NCBI GenBank assembly: GCA_013265495.1
Contig: MU057941.1
Coordinates: forward strand, 62,001 to 126,000
Length of the DNA stretch: 64,000 bases
Direction of reading: 5' to 3'
From: Vicugna vicugna
Lineage: Eukaryota
Shown here: one piece after another, positions 26,720-38,549 of the stretch
How the letters are laid out: each line of letters starts with the position of its first letter
Position numbering within the stretch: position 1 is the first letter of the stretch
Notes under the pieces: generated by a model
What the model was told of the DNA's origin: nothing
Seen by the model: only the letters and a program-made list of their open reading frames with translations
Databases searched by the model: none
Program-made: the position numbers and the translations under genes

Positions 26720-28240
26720 CTCAATTTTCTCTCATTGTTCATGAACACCTAAAAGAATTTTGAAGAACTATGTGCCCTCTCACACATTTTTAGGGTGACA
26801 TCCAAAATCTTTCCTTATCAGTTTTAGATGGTTCCAAAAGAAATAATCTTGTGTAACTTTTGACATTCTAAAATAGAACTGTTAATTCACTCTTTTACTT
26901 GTATACAACAGAATCTAAATACCATGGCAACTGGTTTCCAACATCTAAAATACATGAACGAGCTCTTCTACAACAGGCCAGATTTTCCATTGTTCTTTAT
27001 TACATAAAAGTTGTATTTCTATTCTATTTCTTCCCCAGAATTTGATCACACTGTAATGTTCTTTTTGCTATTAAGTAAGCTGTTATTTGTCTGTGCAATA
27101 AAATACGTCTATTATTTGAGATTAATTTTTTGTGACCGTAAGTTTCATGACGTTTTTCTGCAGTGTGATTATTGTAACTATTCCTAGTAAAAATTTAATC
27201 AGTAATCTAAATATCTGACAGGTTTTGATAAATAATGACCAAAGAGTAAAGTTGTATTGGAAAGGTATTTTTTAATGAGATGGATAAGGCAGTGTTTATA
27301 TTTTAATAGGTCATAAACACATAGATAATATTACTAATTTTGAGAAATAGTTTCCAGAATTAATTCTATTGTTATTTCTTTTCTTTAAATATAAGTGCCA
27401 AGACTTCATTCATATAAATATATAGAAGAGAAGAAATTTTATCAAAGGAATTAGTATTTTATTCTTATGTGCACATTTTATATGCCTAAAACCACACAGT
27501 GGTTTGTAAAAACCTATTTTTAATGATCAGTTGGTAGCTCAGGGTTTTTCTTTAACTTTGTTGGAAACAAAAGATTTGGAAATCACATATATTGCTAATA
27601 AAATTGTTTCCCAGTTAGAGTCAGTCACCTTCTCAACTTTGAGGAATTATATCCAAAAAGGCTTTACCTAGATAGCAAATGACCATGAATTTTAGTTGTT
27701 CTTTCACTACAAGATACTGTATTTAGTCTGATTTACCCAGAAAGGGTATGGAAAATGGAAATATTGTTAATTTCAATAAATCATTACCAATACATTTTAA
27801 AAATAAGATGTTTATCAGATGCCTTTAATGTACTTCACAGAAACCTTGGAACAGCAGATTTTACTCACCAAATTTATAGGAAATGTCTGTCATATAATCA
27901 TGCTGACAAATTCCCATCTTATTATTAAACCTGCAGCCAAATAGACTTACTTTGTCAGAAAAGACTCTCTTCACTTCTCAAATCAAACACAAATGTCACT
28001 CATGACATCATGTCACATCTGAATTCATGATTATAGAGGAGGCAAGGGGAAATCAGTCACCCCAACTTTTCAGTCCTTCTCATTTATTCCCCTTAGCTTT
28101 GTTTTCACGAAATTCTCCCCCTGGAATGACACTTACTGTAAGCACAGTGGCGGGCAAGGAGATGTGAGGGCCTTTTTCACATCTAATGGCTTTAAATGGA
28201 AATTGTCCCACCACCCCTCTCTGAATCCAGAACATACCAA
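26720..28240 (-). mobile_element. Degenerate hAT-Charlie/Buster DNA transposon remnant
   Basis: Manual minus-strand translation near 27840-28000 gives VFDLRSE, then in another frame DYMTDISYKFGE*NLLFQG. This resembles the Buster transposase motifs VFELRxE and AYLxDIFxxLNxLNLxLQG. The tract is AT-rich with stops and frameshifts. Confidence 0.55.
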
Positions 28241-28649
28241 GGTGACCTAATACTTGCTTTCTAAGTCATGCTTCACAGGTATTTGCATAAGACAGGAAAA
28301 ATCTTAAGCCCTGATTAAAGAAGACTGCTTTAACAACAACAATTCATAACTGTCCCTTCTGAGTGTGTCCCAGTGGCTTCTAGGCCCTAGGGGAATGCAC
28401 CATAGTGACTACCAGGATGGATGAGAGATGCCCCCTTCCTTGCAGAGCAGGAGAAAGCTGATCGTGAAAGGAGGAATGAAAAGAACTGGCCCGATGCCTC
28501 ACCTGCAGACAGATTCTCAGGTAGGTCAATTTTAGGTAAGAATGCATAAGGAAAGTGAATATAAGCAAATTGATTGTCGTGTAACTACCCAAGCCTGTGA
28601 ACCTTTTTGAAAGTCTCATTTACCTTCAAGGATATGCATAGCTGGTTTG

Positions 28650-29035
28650 AAGACTGCTAACCTAGGCCAAATCAATCACTGAATTCTCATCCCTTGGCTA
28701 TAGAGATGACCCTGTGACTGAAGTTTGTCCAAGAGAGAAATGTTTTCTCTCTCCTCTGGGTTTCAGTGAGGAGGCATGTAGATCTGCAAGCTGCTGGCAG
28801 CCATCTTGGAACCATGAGGACAGCCAACCTTAGGTATTGCAAACAACTCATGGGGAAAGCAGAGAGACCAAAAGAATCCAAGTCCTTGAAAGTATCACTG
28901 AGCTTCTGGATCAAGCTTTGCCTTATACTAGTCCTCTCTCTGGCTTTTCCAAGTATATTAGCTGACACATTTACTGTTTCAACTTCTTTAAGGTGGAATC
29001 TCCATTACTTTTAACATAAACATACCAACTGATAC
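28650..29035 (+). mobile_element. Old MaLR/ERVL LTR fragment
   Basis: ctaggccaaatca...gctgctggcagccatcttggaaccatgagg...gagcttctggatcaagct, typical of MLT1/LTR16-type LTRs. Confidence 0.55.
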
Positions 29036-29199
29036 ACTTAAAGAAATTTTTTACACAAAGAGTCAGTACCTATCAGTTCCATTCCCTTTTCACTAGCCCC
29101 CTGAAATCAGCTTCAGCTACAGGGTATGAACGTGAATCAACTGTCCCTCCGTGTGCCCACAGCCCTTTCTGTAATGGCATTTATTCTACTTGGTCATGT

Positions 29200-29313
29200 A
29201 TTGTGTAGGTCCACCTTTGCTCACCTGCAGTTCTGAAATCCACAATGCTTTGAAAAAACAGAAGCCAGGAGATGAGAATGCAGTGATAGGCTATACTAGC
29301 CTACACACACACG

Positions 29314-29348
<35 letters not shown>

Positions 29349-29640
29349 TGTACTTTGGCAATAAAACCTGTCTTCAGCTGATGCAGAGGTATTTATTTCT
29401 ATTCTTCCCACTTAGTGTGAACATTTATGTGCAGAGATTACTACACTGCTGAAGTATTAAGGTGTTTGATTCTTAGGTGCTGTCACAGGCCCTGCTGGGG
29501 ATGTTAGGTAATACAAGGTCACAATTCCAAATCCAAAACCTCTGGGGCCAAGTGTGTTTGGGGCTCAGTGTTTCCTATGATTTTAGAGAAGTTACAGAGC
29601 GACATATGATACATTACCCTACTGAGAGTATTACACAATA
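29200..29640. mobile_element. Tigger12-like fragments
   Basis: ttctgaaatccacaatgctttgaaaa and tccaaaacctctggggccaagtgtgttt motifs. Confidence 0.4.
29302..29348. repeat. Compound (CA)n/(CG)n microsatellite
   Basis: Uninterrupted purine-pyrimidine alternation with a cgcgcgcg core. Confidence 0.9.
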
Positions 29641-29829
29641 CTAGTAGTGCTTCAGGAAGGCCAGGAGAAACCACCTCCAAAGCAGGAAGGACATTCAAAG
29701 CTCCTCAGAATAACAGTGGGAACACGCTGACTTCAGTACAGGAGCAGATGCCTTAGTGATCAAGGAAAATTCCTTCACCAATACGATATTAATCTACCCC
29801 GTCTCTGAGAGAGAAATTAATGTCTTAGG

Positions 29830-30110
29830 ATACCATAACGGTGAATGCATGAAATTATTCATTTGTCAAAATCCATGGAACTGCACAACACAAAAAGTGA
29901 ACCCTAATGTAAACCATGTTCAGTTAGTATTCACATCTGTATTAATATTGGCTCGTCACTTGTAACAAATGTGCCACATCACCAATGCCAACAGGGAAGG
30001 CCATGGGGGCTGGAGGAAGAGGGCATAAGGGACTCTGCACCTTCTGTTGAAATGTTCTGCAAACATGAAAATGCTAAAAATAAAACCTATTAATAATTTT
30101 TAATTGAAAA
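29830..30110 (+). mobile_element. L1MC-like 3' end
   Basis: atttgtcaaaatccatggaactgcacaacacaaaaagtgaaccctaatgtaaac...aaaataaaacctattaat. Confidence 0.7.
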
Positions 30111-30564
30111 AAGAAATTAATATCAATCTATGGGAGATATGTCTACTTTTACTAAATCACTTAGTAAAGGAACTGGTGGGCCCACAGTGAAAGGGAGCTT
30201 GGGGGGGCAGGTAGAGAGGTAGAGATCTGTGCCCACCTTCATCTCTGAAGCCAGAGCCCCCTTCCCAAAGCCTGCGCGTGGGTGAGCGTCGCTTCCCATT
30301 CGCCTGAGCTCCAGTGCTATCCAAGCTCGGGGCAGTGTATGGGGAACAGGCACAGACATACGGGGCTCGTCTGGTGGGACGGGGTGGGGGGGATTACCCA
30401 AGGGAAACAAGTGGAAGCTTTGCACAGAGAGAGCTGAAGGTGAGGGGCGTGGGAACAGGAGGCCCAAGCCCCAGGGTAGGAAAGCCAGCTCAGGAGCTGG
30501 GGGAAGGGAGGGCCTGCATCTCAGGTGTTCCCTTGAGAGTCCACGGATGGCGCAGCAGTCCAGG

Positions 30565-30730
30565 TGCAGGCTCTGAAGCCCCACTCCCTGGGTTTACATT
30601 TCAGCTCTACCATTCAGCAGACGTATGACTTGGGAAGCTCCTGAATCTCTCTGGGTCTTGGTTTCCTCTTCTGTAAAACTGCGATCATAACAATATCCCC
30701 CCTACAGGTTGCTGTAAAGGTTAACCCCCC
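30565..30730 (+). mobile_element. MIR SINE
   Basis: tgacttgggaagctcctgaatctctctgggtcttggtttcctcttctgtaaaa...acaggttgctgtaaaggttaa. Confidence 0.7.
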
Positions 30731-30971
30731 CGCCCCCGGCAGGGCGTGCAGAGCTCCCGGTGCTGTGGCGCGCGGAGCCACCACTTCACGACCATTAGGG
30801 CTTACTAGCTTTTTACCCTCTTACGCTGTAATTCTCTTTTCTAACTCTTCAATAAAGACATTTCATAGATCACAGTTAGTGGCCTGGTTCTGAGGATTTC
30901 TGGGGAACAGGGTGGCAACGAGCTGAGCGAAGGAGAAGCTGCTCCCGCTCACCTCTCCAGCAGAGTGGAGC

Positions 30972-31445
30972 TGGCCTTGCCCTGGGTGCCTGGCTCCCGT
31001 CTGGGGGGGGGTGGTGGCCTTGCCCCGGGTGCCTGGGGCCCGTCTGGGGGGGGGTGGTGGCCTTGCCCCGGGTGCCTGNNNNNNNNNNNNNNNNNNNNNN
31101 NNNNNNNNNNNNNNNNNNNNNNNNNNNNNNNNNNNNNNNNNNNNNNNNNNNNNNNNNNNNNNNNNNNNNNNNNNNNNNNNNNNNNNNNNNNNNNNNNNNN
31201 NNNNNNNNNNNNNNNNNNNNNNNNNNNNNNNNNNNNNNNNNNNNNNNNNNNNNNNNNNNNNNNNNNNNNNNNNNNNNNNNNNNNNNNNNNNNNNNNNNNN
31301 NNNNNNNNNNNNNNNNNNNNNNNNNNNNNNNNNNNNNNNNNNNNNNNNNNNNNNNNNNNNNNNNNNNNNNNNNNNNNNNNNNNNNNNNNNNNNNNNNNNN
31401 NNNNNNNNNNNNNNNNNNNNNNNNNNGGGGGGGGGGCGGTGGCCT
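30972..31445. repeat. GC-rich 43-bp minisatellite spanning an assembly gap (N 31079-31426)
   Basis: Unit tggccttgccccgggtgcctggggcccgtct(g)9tgg starts at 30972, 31015 and 31058; a unit tail (g)10cggtggcct resumes after the gap. Confidence 0.9.
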
Positions 31446-33689
31446 GCAGCAGAGCCAGCACAGGGACTCCTGATGCCACAGGAACATTCTGGAGAGGACA
31501 CATGCAGAGAGGCAATAAAGTAAATCCTACAGTTTAGAGAACGCTGCTTTTCTGAAAGGGTAGCTAGAGAACCCAGTGAACCCCCGGCTAAGCCGGTACA
31601 AGGAACCCTTTCAAAATGTGCTTGTGAAACTGAGACAGATTGTACTGGGCAGCAGACAGCCTCAAAGACAGCAGCCAGCCTGTCTATAATTCCTACCTGA
31701 GAGCTCTCCACTCTTTCAAACTGTTTCAGACTTGTCCCAGCTCCTCTGCCCTGGCAATGCACTTCATAAGAAATCCCATTAGCCTCCATCCCCACCTTCC
31801 ACCCTGCATCCCTCTGCGCTCCACTGACAGATCCACTTCTCCAGCACACTGCCCTCCTCACCTTCCTGTTTCTTTCAACACACCGTGGCTTCGGTGGCTT
31901 CCTGAGCCAAGCTCACGAGTTCCTCCAGGCACTTAAGGTCGTAGTGAATTCAAAAGGTTCCCCTTCACCCATGCCAGCTCCAGGCTGCTCTTCCTCCACA
32001 AGGTCCCTCCATTAAAGAAAATATTTGTAAAGGGGCCCAACCCCTTTTCCTTCCATACCTTCCCCACCAATTACCATTGAATGATTTGAAATGTATCCTT
32101 TAAAAATTCTTTTCGCCACTCCCACGCGTTAATCTGTCCTTAGACCTTCTCAATTGTTCTGCCTTCTTAAAACGTCTTTGCTTTAATCTAACACTTCTCC
32201 TGTGACCACTGTACTTACCTAATTAGAGCTGTCTGACCTTCTAAGGATTTTTCTTCCAAAGGGGAAATCCTTAATGAATTACACTTCCTTTGAATATTTG
32301 ATCTTTACAAGAAGCTCTAAATTTGGATTTCCCACATTTAAGAGTTTGTATTATCAGATTAATTGGTAGGATGAATTAATTATCCCATTGTTTTCAAGAG
32401 AACATCAGGGAGAGAAGGAATGATCTTCACATACAAAAGGACCATTCAGTCATGAATAATTTAACTAAAAGGAAAACATCAACTTGGATTTGAAATGTCA
32501 TTTTCTCTCATTCCTGAAACGCAGACAAGGAACTAGTTCCCTGAGATCAAAATCCGGAATGTCATTTTTCTTGATGTTGGTCTATTTCACTTTCCATCTT
32601 TGCCACCTACAGGAGGTTTTGTTGTTGGTGGTGGTGTTTATTTTTTGTCAAAGCACCTGCCCACAGACTAATATGAAGTTCCAAATTCCTATACTTTCTC
32701 TAACCTCAACTTAAACCTAGGATTTCAGAGAATGAGTCAGTGCTTCCCTAGTTCTTGATTTTATTAGTTTTGATTGCCAAACATAGACCAGAGGAAAATT
32801 ATTCTGAAATTTCCTTTAAAGGTCAACCCACTTCTAGGGTGACTTGCTCAAAAGAAGACACAGGAATCATTCAAATCCCATCGCTTCCTGAGGAAAGAAC
32901 TCTTCCATAAAACAGCCTGGTCCTTCAGCAGCTACCACACAAACTGCTCCAAGTGAGCAAACCCAGCAGACCAAGAATTCCGACAATACTGAAGGGAGAG
33001 TTGCCAGTGATATAAACTGATGTAATTGGACATAAAATAACGTCTTCTGCAAGTTCCCAGATACGCATACACAGGGCTGAGGCGCACAGGTGAGAAGACG
33101 ACAAAGTGGGATAAAACTGCTGTAACAGCAATTCTGACAACTAGGAAAACTTCTTGAATTCAGTTCCCTACCCCAGCCAAGGTCCAAATTTTGCTCCTAT
33201 GATATTATACATTATTTCAGAAAATAATAACTTTTAACTTTTTAAATAAAAAGTTGAATGATCTCTCAAATCAACAGACGTGCTGCATCTGAATCCCCAG
33301 GCTCATACTGCCTGCCGGGGGCACTGCTCCGAGCCACCTCCGAGCCAGCACTACCTAGACTGCCTGAGTTGGATACTGCAATGTAAGACTTTGTCTGGCG
33401 AGACAGGGATAAGAAGTTGCTGGGCTTTCCAGCTACGGACTTAGGTACTAAACGTGAATCAAGAAATGAAGAACCTCAAACTTTAAAGTTCTGTAACCAG
33501 GAACCAGAGGAATGGTGACACCTGTTGTTAGTTAACTGGCAGTTTTACCAAAAAGAAAAGAAAAAAAAGTGGAAGTGAAGGTGATGATCTCAGTTTTTAC
33601 ATGAGATGAATGTCCTGGCAAAGTCCACCCATGACCAGGCGTGCGGGAAGGAAGAAGAGGTAGAGTGGACCCGAGTTGTTTGTCTGCCC

Positions 33690-34345
33690 AGAACCTCTCT
33701 AGGCAATTAGCCCTCCCCCACCCCTGATCTCCATGTTTCAGTAACTAATTTGACTCCCAGGACCCAGGAGTCCATCATCTCCTTGGTCCCAAGTGGTTGG
33801 GGTAGGGATAGGGTTGCCAAGTTTAGCAAATAAAAATACAAAACGCTCACTGAAGTGTGAATTTCAGATAAATAAAAGATTGTTTTTATAAGCATGTCTC
33901 AAATATTGCATGGAACATGATTATACGTTAAAAATTATTCTTCGTTTGAAATTAAGATTTAACTGAGAGTCCTGTATTTTATTTGGCAACCCTGCTTCAG
34001 GAAGAAAAGGTGACATGAGCCAGCCAGTCAGACTCGGTACTGGGACTCCTGGGGAAAGCTTTCTTTTTCCTCTGAGCTCTCTAGCCAGAAGGACCGTGAA
34101 AAGCTGGAGCCGCCCCTGGCTACATTTCCCACCACAGAGGGGGAGACTGTGTAGGTATGAAGCCAATACAGAGAAAAGCACAGCCAAGACATGGAGAAAG
34201 AGACATTCCTGGGGGCATCATTTGAATCCCAAAGCTGAACCACGCCTGAAGCCAGATCCACTCCCTGAACTTCCGAGTAATACAGATCAATACATATTTT
34301 TGTTTGTTTGCATTAGTTTGATTTGCTTTTCTGTAACTTGACAAC
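33690..34345 (+). mobile_element. Old ERVL/MaLR LTR hosting the MER53-like insertion
   Basis: ggtgacatgagccagccagtcaga...ctggctacatttcccacc...atttgctttttctgtaacttgacaacc-type LTR text on both sides of the MITE. Confidence 0.5.
33809..33994. mobile_element. MER53-like palindromic hAT MITE
   Basis: Terminal inverted repeats tagggttgcca...tggcaaccctg, with extended inner complementarity (aataaaaataca / tgtattttatt). Confidence 0.85.
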
Positions 34346-35199
34346 CAAGGGTCCCAACTAAACAAGGCTGGACGTTTTCACAGACATCCGTGGTGACAGG
34401 ACCTGCCAGGTATGGCATTCCTGATCTGAAGGGGCCCCTGAGCTTCTAGACCTAGGACAGTCACATTTGGGGAAGCTTATGGTTAGTCCTGCAGCTGGAA
34501 AACTGTATGTTTTAGGCAGGCTTCTAATGAATTTCATGGTCCTTTCACCCCGAGCATCTGTCCCCTCCCTGACTTTACAGCCCTGCTCTGTCTTGACCTC
34601 CAGCTTTGGAGACTTGCTAGCTTCCAACTTCTGACCTGGCTTTGACCTATTCTTTCATCTTGAACTTCTGCCTCAGTGTTCTTTGCATATAAACTGTATT
34701 TTCAAATTGCTTCAGATTCCTCCTGCTGTTTCTGCCCCCTCTGTCCTCCGTAACCTGGATCATTGCTGTTTTTAATAAATCTACCATAATCTGGTAACCC
34801 GATCCAGTGAAGAACACTAGTTCTAATTCAGGGACAGAAAAAGATTCTAGAGGTCCAAGCACTGAAAAAACTAAACATCCCTTCTATATAATTCAAGAGA
34901 AAAGGGGAAACAGAGGCCAACCAATATATGTGTACTCCTTTTAAGGGGAAGGATTTACACAGAATTCTTTGAATTCCAGCTCCACCCTTACAAGCTGGGC
35001 AACACTGAACAAGTTATGGAAAACTGGATTTCAGGATCACAAGGCAAAACTCAAGAAAACAATTCTCTGCCTGCATGATGAGGGTTAGGGGAAATACTGG
35101 CCAGGAGGGCTGTAGTATCTGACAGTCATTCAGTAAATGTTACTTTGACTTCAGTTTCACGATTAGCTCTAATGGTTTTTCTTCATTTAAGTGACTGTT

Positions 35200-36060
35200 T
35201 CTTGCAAAATGTATATCTGAAAAAGAGCTCAGAACCCAGAATGCATTGAGAATTCCTACAATTCAGTAAGAGAAATAAACACTTTTTTAAAAAGTAGACA
35301 AAAGATTTGAATGAGAACTTCCCAAGAGAAGTAAACCAAGCGGCCAATTGAGCACATAAAAATATACTCAACATCATCAGTCATCAGAGAAATGAAAAAT
35401 AAAACCACAATGAGATACTTCTTCACATTTACTATTTAGCTCAAATTTAAAAGACTTAACAATTTCTAGTGTTTGGGGGATATGGAGAAAATTGGACTTC
35501 TGAGACCTTACAGGTAAGAATATAAAATGGTAAGACCACTCTGAAAAGCTGTTTAGCATTTTATTATTTATTATTAAGTTAAACATACACCACCCTATGA
35601 TCTAGTAATTCCACTCTAGGTATTTACCCAAAAGAAATAAAAATACAAGTCTGTATAGAGACTTTTACACATATACTCATAGAAGCCAGCTTTTACTACA
35701 ATTGTTAAGATAATAGAGACAACCCAAATATCCAACCACAGGAGAATGGATAAACAACTGTCATATTTTTACATAGATGGACACAATTCAAAAACTTCAT
35801 GCTGAATTAAGAAGCCAGACACAAAAGATTACAAACTGAAGGATTCCATTTATATGAAGTCCCAGAGCAAACAAAACTAATTTGTGGTGAAAAAAATCAG
35901 AAAGCACTCATCTTTGTGGTTGGGATTAACTGGGAAGGCACAAAAGGAAACTTTCTAAGATGGTGAAAAAGCGTTATATCTTAACTTCGGTGATTGTTAC
36001 ATAGATGCAGACATAAGTGAGATTCACTGATCTGATTACACCTCAATTTTTTTAAAGTTT
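35200..36060 (+). mobile_element. Old L1 (L1MD/ME-like) ORF2 end and 3'UTR
   Basis: caacatcatcagtcatcagagaaatg...aaaaccacaatgagatac...ccctatgatctagtaattccactctaggtatttaccca. Confidence 0.75.
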
Positions 36061-37039
36061 AAATATTGTGACATAAAACTCAAAATTTACTTGTGTATCA
36101 TAATTAAAATACCATATTTCATCAATACTAAGACACATTTCCACATTTTAACATTTCTGAAGTTAGGATGTGCCTTAGAATCAATGGCATGTTATCGTTT
36201 ATGGCAGCACAACTTCTTTCATAGAAGTACACAGAAGTACATATTAGATTCATTGAAAATTGGTAGCTTCTAATTTTTTCTTTTTGCAAAATTCTTGCTA
36301 AAGTCATCAAAATTAAACTTTTCTCACAGACTCCCTACTTTGGCAGTGCACATACTTAACCTATTCAGTAATCTAGAAATGCCCCAATTTTACAGCCTAT
36401 GAAATGACATTCTTTAATACCTACTTCTTCAAGTAGTTTGAAGACAAATGAAAACGGTTGCTTGACTCCAGCCCCACGTGCCTCCAGCATCCACAGCTGG
36501 GGCTCCAGCCTCTACTAATATGTTCAGCCGTGTCCCAGCCTGAAGGCCCCATCAAGCCAAGAACAGGGGACACATGACCATGGCCATGGCTCAGCAGCTC
36601 AGCTATTCTTGCTGCCAATTCCACCCTGTCCTTGGCCAGTCCTAATGACTAATTTCACAGAATAGAGAGAGGTGCCAAGTGAAATTTTTCTCTTCTCAGA
36701 ATTAGTGTGAAGGATACTATATGTTGGCTTACTTAACAACTACCCTCAACCTTATTATTCCACGTCATCCTCCATCACAGAGACTGGAAAGCCAAACACC
36801 AGCTTTTCCAACTTCCCCTGTCACTTGTGATAGCCACACGGCACAGCGCTGGCTAGTGAAACACATTCTGAAGTCTGCTGGTGTGGGTGAGGTAGGGAGG
36901 GACCTGGGAAAGCTGATTTCTTGCTACTCTGCCTCCCAGGGTCTTCCTTCAACTTTGATGTGATGGCTGAAGCTGGAGAACCTCTCCTTCAACTGTGAAA
37001 CAGCAAGGATGAAGAGGGCAGAGTGGGAACACAGAAATA

Positions 37040-37932
37040 GCTTTGAAACTATAGTTAAGTTTTTAATGAATGTTAGTGATATTGTGGCTGTTTTTCTAGA
37101 AGTCCTTACCTTTTAGTGATCCATACTGAAATACAGGTTAATACAGTGATGTCTATAACTTGCTTTATTATAGCTCATTGGGGGCTGTTAGGAAAGTGCG
37201 TGTAGGTATAGATGAAACAAGATCAATCATAAATAAGCAACTGTTGAAGCTGGACATACATGCATATTCTCGCTACATCTGTGTCTGTTTCAAATTCTCC
37301 ATAATAAAAAGACAGACTGTGTCTGTTTCAAAGTCTCCGTAAATAAAAAGGCAGACACTACCTCTGTGATCAAGTCCAACATTATCAGTTGACTCTCACA
37401 AGGTTAACAGCACCAGGGATTAATCATGTTGATATCACGTACCTCCCCCCCCAATCTGATGCAATAACAGGGCACTCCACCTCTGCGGCATTCTTCCCCC
37501 AAGTCCACAATTGCAGGCCAAGTATGAGCAAACATGAGACAAAACCATATTGAGGGACATTTTACAAAAATACCTGACTAGCACTCTTCCAAAAGTGTCA
37601 AGGTTAAGAAAAACAAATGAAGATTTAGAAATTGTCACAGACAAGAGGCTCCTAAAGAGATATGAAGCCTAAATGCAATGTGGTACCCAGGCCTGGATTC
37701 TGAAACAGGACAAACACATTAGTGGGAAAGCTGATGAAATTCCAATAAAGTCTGTAGTTTAGTGAGTAATAATATACCAATTTCTTACTTTTGACAAATG
37801 TTTTTTAGCTACGTGAGACGTTAACGTTAGGAGAAACTGGGTAAAGGGTATATGAGAACTCTTTGTACTTTCTTTGTGATTTTCCCGTGAATCTAAAATT
37901 ATTCCAAAGTAAAAAGCATATTTTGAAAAAAG
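37040..37932 (+). mobile_element. L1ME/L1MC 3' fragments
   Basis: atactgaaata...tatagatgaaacaaga; gacaaaaccatattgagggacattttacaaaa...gaatctaaaattattccaaa. Confidence 0.65.
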
Positions 37933-38391
37933 TCTACAAGAAAAGAGTTTGGATTCCCAATGGCATTACTGAAGCACTGAACCCACACCAGCAATGGCCT
38001 ACCTCCAGATTTTTTGTTTTGTGAGGAAAAATCAAACACATTTAAAAAAATAAATGTAACTTGACTATTACTTGAGCTGGATAAGTATGAACTGATAAAA
38101 CATGTTTGTCCCTTGTCTGATGCAATTAGCTCTTAACTCCCACAGCTGAGAACAATGGCATTAAGTCCCTCACAGCACCCAGGGCAGGTTCCTGAGCCTC
38201 ATGGCTGGCCAGCATCTGTCATTTCAGCAGAATTCACAGGACCAACACCCTACCCGACTCCAGGAAAGACAGGAAGTGAAAGGGGAGGAACTGTCTCTTT
38301 GGGAACCTGCCTAAAGCAAACAATTAGTAGGACCCTTTAGTAAGCAGTTGTGACACAAGAACAACACACAAAACAAATATACACAAAACGT

Positions 38392-38545
38392 TACGGTAGC
38401 TCAGAGAGAAAAAAAATGTGACAATGAGTGTGTGTATGTCCATGCATGACTGAAAAATTGTGCTGAACACTGGAATTTGACCCAACATTGTAAAATGATT
38501 ATAAGTCAATAAAAAATGTTAAAAAAATAAAAGATTAAAAAAAAC
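38392..38545 (+). mobile_element. Young lineage-specific L1 3' tail
   Basis: Near-identical to 55162-55258 (tgactgaaaaa.tgtgctgaacactggaatttgac.caacattgtaaaatgattataa.tcaataaaaaatgttaaaaaaa). Confidence 0.75.
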
Positions 38546-38549
38546 AACA

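Noticed and set aside
30972..31445. CRISPR-like array
   Set aside because: Head-to-tail repeats without unique spacers, in mammalian DNA.
30863..31861. Long ORFs of 139-332 aa on both strands
   Set aside because: They are artefacts of the N gap and the stop-free GC-rich minisatellite.
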